DNA from: an uncultured Acidimicrobiales bacterium
GTDB taxonomy: Bacteria > Actinomycetota > Acidimicrobiia > Acidimicrobiales > UBA10347
Length of the DNA stretch: 64,000 bases
Assembly (NCBI GenBank): GCA_943788915.1
Contig: CALSSD010000003.1
Span: 74,663-138,662 of the forward strand
Direction of reading: 5' to 3'
Part shown: positions 20,694-29,255 of the stretch, piece by piece
Layout: each line of letters opens with the position of its first letter
Numbering within the stretch: position 1 is the stretch's first letter
Made by a program: the position numbers and the translations under genes
The notes under the pieces: model-generated
Seen by the model: only the letters and a program-made list of their open reading frames with translations
What the model was told of the DNA's origin: nothing
Databases searched by the model: none

Positions 20694-21497
20694 ATGGCTG
20701 AAGACCTGTGTTTGTACGACGTCGCCGATGGCATCGCCACCCTGACGTTTAATCGACCCGATTCCATGAACGGCATGACCGGCAACATGGAGGTCGCGTA
20801 CTTCGAACGACTTCGTCAAGCCGAGGCCGACACCGATGCACGAGTCATCGTGGTGACCGGTGCTGGTCGAGCATTCTGCCCTGGTGCTGACCTGGCGCAT
20901 CGAGCAGGCCCTGACGACCATTCACTGCCGAACGCCGAGATTCCTCGCACCATGCCACTCGATATTCGCAAACCGATGATCGCCGCGATTAACGGCGCGT
21001 GTGCCGGTGTGGGCCTGGCCTACGCCCTGCAATGCGACCTGAGGTTTGCCGTGAAACCAGCCAAGTTCACGACCGCGTTCTCCCGTCGTGGTCTCATTGG
21101 TGAATACGGCATGGCGTGGCTGCTCAACGCCATCGCTGGCCGCCAGGTGGCCATGGACCTTCTGCTCTCGGCACGGGTGGTGCAAGGTGACGAAGCAGCC
21201 GCACTCGGCATCATCTCGGCGGCGTTCGAACCCGAAGACCTCATGCCCCACGTCATGGCCTACGCCAGCGACCTTGCGGCCAATGTGTCCCCAGCGTCGA
21301 TGGCCACGATCAAACACCAGGTCAACCAGGAACCGGCCATGTCGGCCAACGATGCCACGAACCATGCCGAGGGACTCATGCGTGAATCACTCGCCGGCTC
21401 CGACGTTGGCGAAGGCATCGCCAGCTTCTTGGAGAAGCGCCAGGTCGACTTCCCTCCGCTAGGCGATGGCACCAGCTTCGACTGGATGAGCTCATAG
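20694..21497 (+). CDS. Enoyl-CoA hydratase/isomerase (crotonase) family protein
   Basis: TLTFNRPD, GAGRAFCPGADL, KPMIAAINGACAGVG, CDLR, EGIASFLEKR. Confidence 0.93.
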   Translation: MAEDLCLYDVADGIATLTFNRPDSMNGMTGNMEVAYFERLRQAEADTDARVIVVTGAGRAFCPGADLAHRAGPDDHSLPNAEIPRTMPLDIRKPMIAAINGACAGVGLAYALQCDLRFAVKPAKFTTAFSRRGLIGEYGMAWLLNAIAGRQVAMDLLLSARVVQGDEAAALGIISAAFEPEDLMPHVMAYASDLAANVSPASMATIKHQVNQEPAMSANDATNHAEGLMRESLAGSDVGEGIASFLEKRQVDFPPLGDGTSFDWMSS

Positions 21498-21916
21498 ACG
21501 CCCAGGCCGCTCAAGCACGATTCACTGATGCTCGTGTTGCTCGCCTCGCGACGGTGACCACCGACGGGGCGGCCCATGTCGTGCCCTGCTGTTTCGCTGT
21601 TCTCGACAATGGCACAGTCGTGTCTGCGGTAGATGGCAAGCCAAAGTCGACCGCGGCTCTGCGACGCCTCGACAACATTGCAGCGAACCCAAGGGTGTCA
21701 CTCGTCGTCGACCACTACGACGACGACTGGTCACACCTGTGGTGGGTCCGGCTCGACGGCGTCGCTGAGATCATCCACGCTGGCGATGCCTACGAGGCGG
21801 CGCTCGATGCGCTCGTCGCGAACTACGAGCAGTACCGAACGATGCGTCCCACCGGTGCCGTGATCGCTATCTCGCCCACCCAATGGCGATCATGGAGCGG
21901 GACCCCTGATCTGTGA
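21494..21916 (+). CDS. PPOX class F420-dependent oxidoreductase (TIGR03668-like)
   Basis: ARVARLATV (upstream of the track's GTG 21554), HVVPCCF, VDGKPK, LRRLDNI..NPRVS..DHYDDDWSHLWWVR; start codon uncertain. Confidence 0.85.
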   Translation: MDAQAAQARFTDARVARLATVTTDGAAHVVPCCFAVLDNGTVVSAVDGKPKSTAALRRLDNIAANPRVSLVVDHYDDDWSHLWWVRLDGVAEIIHAGDAYEAALDALVANYEQYRTMRPTGAVIAISPTQWRSWSGTPDL

Positions 21917-21958
21917 TGGTCACACCGCGTTATGCGCGGCCTGAGGCTCACAGATCGA

Positions 21959-24256
21959 TTACAGGTAGGTGAGGCGTTCGATGATGGTATCGATGTCGGC
22001 GTGGCTGGTGCGGGGGTTCACGAAGCAGAACCGGTAGACGGGCTCGCTGTCATGACGAGACGGCACCACAAAGGCCGTGCCTTCGTGCATCACCTTCTCG
22101 CTCCAGTCTTGGTACTGCTGTGCATCCCAGCCAATGCGTTCGAAGACGACGACAGACAACACGGGATCCATCGTGAGCGTCAGGTGCTCCGCCTCGTCGA
22201 CCTGCTGAGCCGCGTACACAGCGAGATCCATGGTGATGTCAATTGCGTTGCTATACGCCTGGGTGCCGTGCACCGCGAGCGAGAACCAAAACGGCAACCC
22301 CCGGCTACGGCGGGTCAGATGCACCGCGAAATCGCTGGGGTTCCAGTCGCCCCATGCATCAAGGAACGCCAAATAACCCGCTTCCTGGGCATGCGATCGC
22401 CGAGCGGCATCTGGATCGCGGTAGATCAACGCGCAGCAGTCGAATGGCGCGAACAACCATTTGTGAGGATCAACGATGAAGCTGTCGGCGCACTCGATGC
22501 CATCGAACAACGGACGACTGCGAGGCGATGCCAGTGCTGCTCCGCCGTAAGCACCGTCGACATGCATCCATACTCCGCGGTCTCGACACACCTGGCCGAT
22601 ACCTGCGAGATCATCGATGATGCCCAGGTTGGTGGTGCCTGCTGTGGTTATCACTGCAGCCACACGGTCACCATGTTCGTCGAGTGCAGCCGCTACTTCG
22701 GTGCCCGTCAGCCGGTAGTCATCGTCGACATCAACCTTGATCACGTCGGCATCCATGACCGCGGCCATAGACGCCACCGACGAGTGGGTTTGCTTCGATG
22801 CAATGAACGCCCACCGATCAGGACGCGACCTGCCTTGCTCGGCCAACCGATGAGCAGCATCGTCTCGGGCTGCGACCATGGCCGACAGATTGCCCATGGT
22901 GCCGCCGGGCACGAATACACCACCGGCGGTGTCGGGCATACCCACGAGCCCTCGGAGCCGGTCGAGCGCCTGGTTCTCGGCCCATACGGCGCCGGCCCCC
23001 TCGAGCCACGAGCCGCCGTAAATCGAACTTGCGCCGACGACCAAATCAAACAGCACCGCAGCCTCGGTTGGGGCCGCGGGCACAAACGAGAGGTACCGCT
23101 CATAGTCAACAGACAATGACGCAGGGTGCAGGACATCTTCGAACAGGCGCATGGCTTCGTCGCCACCGATGCCGTCTGGAGTGATGGTGGGCCCACACTC
23201 AGCCAACAAATCGTCGGCGGTTCGTGGTGCCCCAAGTGGGATTGGATGTAGCTCGGTGCGCTCACCGGAGACCTTGCCGTGGATATCGATCTCTTTGATG
23301 CCCACATAGTCGAGCGGCACGGGGCGGTGCACGGTCGACACGTTGTTTGCCTTGGTGAGATTCAGGATGTTCGGCTTACGGGATTGAGCAGCGGTTTCTG
23401 GTGGGAGATCACCCAGGTTGCGCTCGGCGACCTTTCCTTGACGCAACGTTCCCAGACCGGTGTGAGGACGGGAGACGACGCGCGGGTGTTCTTCATCATC
23501 GATGAAGTCGTACTCCCGATATCCGACAAAAACGAACGAGCCAGCTTCCATCCACCGAAGCAGTTCGGCCACCTCGAGAGGCTGTCCATCGATGCTGGCC
23601 ACAAACCGAGGAGTACCGGCTACAGCTTCGGCCTCCCACTCTTCGAGCTCGTTGGCAATTTCGAGTGCGCGCGATCGCATCGCCCGCCAGTCCTCGACGG
23701 TGCTACGGACGTCAGCGAGCACCGAATACAACTGGTTCTCAAGACCCTCAAGTGTGGCCGATCCCGTCAAACGGTCGATCTCGACATGCACCGTCGACTC
23801 GACATTCTTCGATGACGGTCGCGGCATCTCGATCGACCGGATCTCGCCGGTATCGGAACGTTTGATGTCAAACAGAGGATGGACCAACAAGTGCACCTGA
23901 TGTCCAAGCCGCTCGAACAGGGACAGCACCGAGTCGACGATGAACGGCATGTCTTCGCCGACGATGTCGATCACGGTATGGCTGCTACTCCAACCATCTT
24001 CGTCGCTGTTCGGGTTGTAGATCTGCACCAGGGTTTCATTGGCAGACCGGCGTTCGGCAAGTTGCAGGTGCCGAATGGTCGCTGCGTATAAATCGATCGG
24101 GTCTTTGCCCGCCAAGTCTTGGGGCGCTGTGCGCGAGAAGTAGTGGCGCACAAGCTCACCTGCGATCGACGCGCCGTTGCCCTTTTGCCGCCGCTCGGCC
24201 AGTTCAACCACCGCATCGAGAAGCGCTTCTTTGACCTGCTTTGAGGTATCAGTCAT
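21959..24256 (-). CDS. In-frame chimera: N-terminal ~333 aa of a large NAD-glutamate dehydrogenase (ACT-like region) fused to a group II PLP-dependent amino-acid decarboxylase (~432 aa)
   Basis: GDH part: NP..DEDGWSSSHTVIDIVGEDMPFIVDSV, LRW....FVFVGYREY, LTKAN..STVHRP..LDYVGIK..G...GER. Decarboxylase part: YLSFVPAAPT, GGVFVPGGTMGN, HSSV, TAGTTNLG, HVDGAYG, DPHKW (PLP Lys). Junction at 23258-23263. Confidence 0.85.
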   Translation of the reverse strand: MTDTSKQVKEALLDAVVELAERRQKGNGASIAGELVRHYFSRTAPQDLAGKDPIDLYAATIRHLQLAERRSANETLVQIYNPNSDEDGWSSSHTVIDIVGEDMPFIVDSVLSLFERLGHQVHLLVHPLFDIKRSDTGEIRSIEMPRPSSKNVESTVHVEIDRLTGSATLEGLENQLYSVLADVRSTVEDWRAMRSRALEIANELEEWEAEAVAGTPRFVASIDGQPLEVAELLRWMEAGSFVFVGYREYDFIDDEEHPRVVSRPHTGLGTLRQGKVAERNLGDLPPETAAQSRKPNILNLTKANNVSTVHRPVPLDYVGIKEIDIHGKVSGERTELHPIPLGAPRTADDLLAECGPTITPDGIGGDEAMRLFEDVLHPASLSVDYERYLSFVPAAPTEAAVLFDLVVGASSIYGGSWLEGAGAVWAENQALDRLRGLVGMPDTAGGVFVPGGTMGNLSAMVAARDDAAHRLAEQGRSRPDRWAFIASKQTHSSVASMAAVMDADVIKVDVDDDYRLTGTEVAAALDEHGDRVAAVITTAGTTNLGIIDDLAGIGQVCRDRGVWMHVDGAYGGAALASPRSRPLFDGIECADSFIVDPHKWLFAPFDCCALIYRDPDAARRSHAQEAGYLAFLDAWGDWNPSDFAVHLTRRSRGLPFWFSLAVHGTQAYSNAIDITMDLAVYAAQQVDEAEHLTLTMDPVLSVVVFERIGWDAQQYQDWSEKVMHEGTAFVVPSRHDSEPVYRFCFVNPRTSHADIDTIIERLTYL

Positions 24257-24366
24257 GCAGTGCTGAACGTAGTCTGTCTCCGCACTCCGTGCTGGACGGC
24301 CGCTGCAACCCGACTCGCGCTCAGGGCACAGAACATCGGACCGCATATCCTGGGGAGATGGAATCA

Positions 24367-25428
24367 ATGGATCTTCCGGCAGGTGTCCTCACGGGCGACC
24401 AGGTACAACAGACGTTCGCGTTGGCCAAGCAGAAGGGCTTCGCCCTCCCGGCGGCAAACTGCATTGGCTCCAGCAGCATGAATGCCGTGATGGAAACTGC
24501 ATCGGCACTGGCCGCGCCAGCAATCATCCAGTTCTCGAACGGAGGTGGCGCCTTCATCGCCGGCAAGGGAGTCGGTTCGGGTATCGAAGCCTCGATCGCC
24601 GGTTCAATCGCCGGCGCACTCCATGTCCGCACCATGGCTCCGCATTACGGCACCACCGTCATGTTGCACACCGATCATGCGGCCAAGAAGCTTCTTCCCT
24701 GGATCGATGGCCTGCTCGACGCCAGCGAGGACTACTTCGCCGCTCACGGTGAGCCGCTGTTCAGTTCCCACATGCTGGATCTATCCGAAGAACCAATCGA
24801 AGAAAACATCGATATCTGCGTCGAGTATCTGAAGCGCATGGAGCCGCTTGGGATGACCCTTGAGATCGAGCTCGGCATCACCGGCGGTGAGGAAGACGGT
24901 GTCGACAACTCCGACGTCAAACCCGAAGATCTGTATTCGAAACCCGAAGAGGTCGCCTATGCCTATGAGCGACTGTCCCAGGTCAGCGACCGCTTTACCG
25001 TGGCTGCTGCGTTTGGCAACGTCCACGGCGTGTACAAACCCGGCAATGTCCAACTGACACCAACGATCCTGCGCGACTCACAGACTCATATCCAGGACAA
25101 ACACAGCACCGGCCAGAACCCGGTCGACTTCGTCTTCCATGGCGGCTCAGGTTCCTCGGCCACCGAAATCGCCGAGGCCATCTCCTATGGCGTGGTGAAG
25201 ATGAACATCGACACCGATCTGCAGTGGGCGTTCTGGGATGGCATCCGAGGATACGAAGCCAAAAACCACGACTACCTCCAAGGCCAGATCGGTAATCCCG
25301 AGGGGCCCGATGCACCCAACAAGAAGAAGTACGACCCTCGTTCTTGGCTGCGAGTGGGCGAGGAGAGCTTCGGCACTCGTTTACGCCAGGCGTTCATCGA
25401 ACTCGGCAACGCCGACCCATCGACGTAA
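24367..25428 (+). CDS. fbaA: Class II fructose-bisphosphate aldolase
   Basis: LHTDHA.KKLLPW.DG, FSSHMLDLSEE, EIELGITGGEEDG, FGNVHGVYKPG, VFHGGSG, KMNIDTD, PNKKKYDPR. Confidence 0.97.
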   Translation: MDLPAGVLTGDQVQQTFALAKQKGFALPAANCIGSSSMNAVMETASALAAPAIIQFSNGGGAFIAGKGVGSGIEASIAGSIAGALHVRTMAPHYGTTVMLHTDHAAKKLLPWIDGLLDASEDYFAAHGEPLFSSHMLDLSEEPIEENIDICVEYLKRMEPLGMTLEIELGITGGEEDGVDNSDVKPEDLYSKPEEVAYAYERLSQVSDRFTVAAAFGNVHGVYKPGNVQLTPTILRDSQTHIQDKHSTGQNPVDFVFHGGSGSSATEIAEAISYGVVKMNIDTDLQWAFWDGIRGYEAKNHDYLQGQIGNPEGPDAPNKKKYDPRSWLRVGEESFGTRLRQAFIELGNADPST

Positions 25429-25496
25429 CAACATCCGTAACGAACGTCGCACCGAGGGTCTGATCCCAGGTGCGAGCGCAGACAGAGGCACAGTAA

Positions 25497-25931
25497 CTAT
25501 TCGGGTGACGGCGCCCAACTGGTGAGATGTGTGGTGAGTTCGTCGAGTGAATGCACCATGGCGTCGCACGACCTTTCGAGCATGAGGTTCACGACTTCGT
25601 CGTCGAAGCGTCGACGCCAGTCCGTATGCAGGCCGATGATGTAGGTATTCGACGCAAATGCATATCCCAGCTCCCATGCCGTGCCGTCGTCGGTAGTGAC
25701 TCCATTGAGGCTGGCAACAACGATCGAGGCTCGGTCGATGCCAGCAACATTGTTGGCAAATATCTCACCCACCGTGTCAGCTGTCTTCGGTGGGTTATCA
25801 CGGTGCGGCAGGAAGGTCGAGAAACCAGCGGCTGCGACCGTGGCCTCGACCTGCTCGACCCACCACCGCTCGCCTTCGTCGAACAGAGGACCAGCGACGT
25901 ACACAAGCTCTTTTGACTCTGCGTCCACCAC
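25497..25931 (-). CDS. Nucleoside 2-deoxyribosyltransferase family protein
   Basis: VYVAGPLF, FLPH, DDGTAWELGYA, VNLML; GTG overlaps the pcrA stop (TAGTG). Confidence 0.88.
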   Translation of the reverse strand: MVDAESKELVYVAGPLFDEGERWWVEQVEATVAAAGFSTFLPHRDNPPKTADTVGEIFANNVAGIDRASIVVASLNGVTTDDGTAWELGYAFASNTYIIGLHTDWRRRFDDEVVNLMLERSCDAMVHSLDELTTHLTSWAPSPE

Positions 25932-28174
25932 TAGCCCATCTTCTCAAGTGGCGTCCACGACAGCAACACCCGCTTCTCGCCAACAGACGGAAAGCGCACA
26001 ACAGCTTCGGCCTTTTCGCCTTGGCCTTCGATCAAGATGATGACGCCCTCGCCCCATGTCGAGTGTTTAACATCGTCGCCGACCTTGAGTCCGATCTCGT
26101 GGGCCCCTGTGGTCTTGCGCCCTGCCTGGGCCGGGGCGGCAATGCCGGTACCGAGCGACTCACGGCGACCACCGGCACGCATGGCCTGGTCGACCTTCCA
26201 CTCGCGTGTTGAGTCCCATCGGTCCTGGCCACGGCGAGAGCTACTGCGGCGAGTCGATGCAGTCGACTCTTCTTCGTCAACGAGTTCGGTAGGGATCTCG
26301 TCAAGGAAACGACTGGGCGGGTTGTACTGATTCGAGCCATAAAGATTGCGAGATGCCGCGTGGGTCACGTGCAGCCGCTGTTCGGCTCGAGTGATACCCA
26401 CATACGCCAGGCGCCGCTCTTCTTCGAGCTCTTCGGGATCGCCGATACTGCGCATGTGAGGGAATATGCCGTCTTCCATGCCGATCACGAAGACCACCGG
26501 ATATTCAAGACCCTTGGCGGAGTGCAAGGTCATCATGATGACCGACGCGTCCTCCTCTTCTTCGAGCTGATCTGTGTCAGCAACAAGTGCGACCTGTTCC
26601 AGGAACTCGTTGACGTCGCCGAAGTCTTGCGCCGCACCAAGCAGTTCGCCCAGGTTCTCGAGGCGACCATCGGATTCGACGCTGCGTTCGGCTTCGAGTG
26701 CTGCCCGGTATCCCGACACATCGAGGATGTAGTCGAGTACGTCGGCAGGCCCTTCTTTCAGCTGATCTTCGGCCTTGCCGAGTAGATCCAAGAACTTGTA
26801 GATACCGGTAATGGCCTTGCCGGAAACACCGGCTTCGGGAGCGACCCTGAGGGCATCGATAAAGGTCAACCCGTGTTGAGCTGCCCATAGGTCGAGTTTG
26901 GCGATCGAACCATCACCAACACCACGACGGGGCGTGTTCAGAACCCGTTTAACGCTGACCTCGTCGGTTGGATTGATCACGGCCTTGAGATAGGCCATGG
27001 CGTCCTTGATCTCTTTGCGATCGTAGAACCTGGTGCCACCGATGACCTTGTACGGGATGCCATTGCGCATCAGCCGTTCTTCAATCACTCGCGATTGGGC
27101 ATTGGTGCGATAAAAGATCGCCATCTCGCCCCAGCGGTAGTGCTCGCGACTATGCAGCAGCGACAACCGATTCGCGACCCACGTAGCCTCGTCGGTTTCG
27201 TCTTCGGCGTGGTAGCGAACGATCTTTTCGCCCGGTCCCTGCTCGGTCCACAGTTGTTTGGCTGGTCGACCCGGATTGTTGTCGATGACCGCATTGGCGG
27301 CATCGAGGATGTTCTGGGTCGAGCGGTAGTTCTGCTCAAGCACCACGGTGGTGGCCTGGGGGAAGGCGTTTTCGAACTCGAGAATATTGCGAATATCGGC
27401 CTTACGGAACCGATAGATGGACTGGTCGGCATCACCAACCACACAAACATTGCCAGCGGCGCTCGCCAACAACAGAACGAGTTCGTTCTGTACCGGGTTC
27501 GTGTCCTGATACTCGTCGACCAAAATGTACTCAAAGCGGCGCTGCCAGGTCTCGAGCACATCAGGGTTACTCTTAAACAGCTGCACGGTGACGCTCAGCA
27601 GGTCATCGAAGTCCATGGCACCGGCAGCCTTGAGCCGACGTTGGTACTCAACGAAAACGTCGCCGATGCGACGCTCATGGGTGGAGTCAGCGGCCGCCAG
27701 GAATTCGGCAGCGGTGCGGCCCTCGTTTTTGGCTGCGCTGATCGACGAGTGCACCGAACGTGGCGGGTTGCGTTTGGAGTCGATGTTCAGATCGCGCAGC
27801 ACGTAGCTGGTGAGGCGGACCGCGTCGGCGTGGTCATAGATCGTGAACGACGATGGGTACCCAATGGCTTTGGCTTCGCGACGCAGGATGCGCACACACG
27901 CCGAGTGGAAGGTCGATACCCACATGCGTTGGGCAACCGACCCGACCAACCCTTCGACCCGGCTCCGCATTTCGGTCGCGGCCTTATTGGTAAAGGTGAT
28001 CGCCAAGATCGCAAACGGCGACACGCCTTCTTCTTGGATGAGCCGGGCAATGCGGTGGGTAAGCACCCGGGTCTTGCCAGACCCTGCGCCGGCGACGACC
28101 AGCAGCGGGCCGGTGTTGTGCAACACCGCTTCTTCTTGATCGGGGTTCAGCCCGTCGAGGATTTCAATACTCAT
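25931..28174 (-). CDS. pcrA: ATP-dependent DNA helicase PcrA/UvrD1
   Basis: AGAGSGKT, TFTNKAA, DEYQD, VGDADQSIYRFR, QNYRST, YRTNAQS, TLHSAKGLE, YVGITRA, C-terminal tudor-like VKHSTWGEG. Confidence 0.98.
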   Translation of the reverse strand: MSIEILDGLNPDQEEAVLHNTGPLLVVAGAGSGKTRVLTHRIARLIQEEGVSPFAILAITFTNKAATEMRSRVEGLVGSVAQRMWVSTFHSACVRILRREAKAIGYPSSFTIYDHADAVRLTSYVLRDLNIDSKRNPPRSVHSSISAAKNEGRTAAEFLAAADSTHERRIGDVFVEYQRRLKAAGAMDFDDLLSVTVQLFKSNPDVLETWQRRFEYILVDEYQDTNPVQNELVLLLASAAGNVCVVGDADQSIYRFRKADIRNILEFENAFPQATTVVLEQNYRSTQNILDAANAVIDNNPGRPAKQLWTEQGPGEKIVRYHAEDETDEATWVANRLSLLHSREHYRWGEMAIFYRTNAQSRVIEERLMRNGIPYKVIGGTRFYDRKEIKDAMAYLKAVINPTDEVSVKRVLNTPRRGVGDGSIAKLDLWAAQHGLTFIDALRVAPEAGVSGKAITGIYKFLDLLGKAEDQLKEGPADVLDYILDVSGYRAALEAERSVESDGRLENLGELLGAAQDFGDVNEFLEQVALVADTDQLEEEEDASVIMMTLHSAKGLEYPVVFVIGMEDGIFPHMRSIGDPEELEEERRLAYVGITRAEQRLHVTHAASRNLYGSNQYNPPSRFLDEIPTELVDEEESTASTRRSSSRRGQDRWDSTREWKVDQAMRAGGRRESLGTGIAAPAQAGRKTTGAHEIGLKVGDDVKHSTWGEGVIILIEGQGEKAEAVVRFPSVGEKRVLLSWTPLEKMG

Positions 28175-28962
28175 GGCAGCAGTTTCTGGCGGAAGTGGTC
28201 GAGCACGAGCTCCATCGCTTGGTTCGTCGGATGATCTGGATCGGGTTTGTATTCGGTGGTGAGCACCGAGTGTGCCCGTTTCTCGAAGCCGAAGTGGTTG
28301 TCCTTGGACGAGTCGATCTCGACGCCGATGAACGCATCGCCAAGTTCCTGACGGAGCCGTTCGAAACGTTCACTCGGCACCAGCGGGTCAGCGGTGAACC
28401 GCAGACCGATAACACATAACTCTTCGTCGGCCGTTCGTTTCTTGATCGTGACCAGATCATCGGGCGCTACGTGCAGATCGGAGCGGTGCTTCTTGCTGAC
28501 AGCGAACGGCATGCTCGGCTGGCTCATCACCGGCGCGAGCACCGCAGGGTCAACAGCGAGGCCAAGCGCGAAGTTGCCGGTGAAACACATACCGACGACC
28601 CCCACGCCCGCTCCCCCTGCCTCGGCATGGGCGTGGGTGACCAGCCCGCTCATCCAGTCAGTGATGGGAGCACGCTTGTTTCGGGCGAAGGCCAAGAACT
28701 CGCGGCGCACGCACTGCCTGGCAATGGTGCGAGCGGCGTAGCCGTTCGAGAAGGGTTTTCCTGGTTCACCAAAAAGGGACGCCAAGTACACCGTGAAGCC
28801 AGCAGCGATCACCCGGCGTGAGAAATCAGCGACCTCTGGCGTGACACCAGGAATCTCGGGAAACACCACAACCGCGGGACCCAAACCGGCAACATATACG
28901 TCGTAGGTGGAGCTACCGAAGCTCATGGATCGCCGATCGAAATCGGCGAGTTGGTCGGTCAT
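28171..28962 (-). CDS. Dienelactone hydrolase family protein
   Basis: EIPG, GMCFTG nucleophile elbow, DP, AHSVLT; start ATG 28962; stop overlaps the pcrA start. Confidence 0.88.
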   Translation of the reverse strand: MTDQLADFDRRSMSFGSSTYDVYVAGLGPAVVVFPEIPGVTPEVADFSRRVIAAGFTVYLASLFGEPGKPFSNGYAARTIARQCVRREFLAFARNKRAPITDWMSGLVTHAHAEAGGAGVGVVGMCFTGNFALGLAVDPAVLAPVMSQPSMPFAVSKKHRSDLHVAPDDLVTIKKRTADEELCVIGLRFTADPLVPSERFERLRQELGDAFIGVEIDSSKDNHFGFEKRAHSVLTTEYKPDPDHPTNQAMELVLDHFRQKLLP

Positions 28963-29255
28963 CGTCCCAACATAGAACGACCCGCTGACATTCATCGGGC
29001 AATCCGATGTGGAAATCGCCCAGTCGAAAATATTCGTTGCTCCTTAGCCCCGCACGCAACAAATACGACCTACGAGAACAGGCGCCACAACACCCCCGTC
29101 GATGCCTTGAGCGACAGTTGTGTGCCGATTCCATTCCAGCTCTGGCCTGACTCAGCATGTCGCATTTAGCGACGTAGTGTGGTCGCTGGAGCGTCGCCAA
29201 AACGGCAACGTTTCCCGCCGATTCCTTCCGCACTGAGACCAACCAGCGTCGTTAC

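Noticed and set aside
21932..23119. 395-aa plus-strand ORF, and similar long antisense ORFs (313-852, 5552-6454, 27095-28234, 32767-33690)
   Set aside because: Shadow frames of well-supported opposite-strand genes, expected in high-GC DNA
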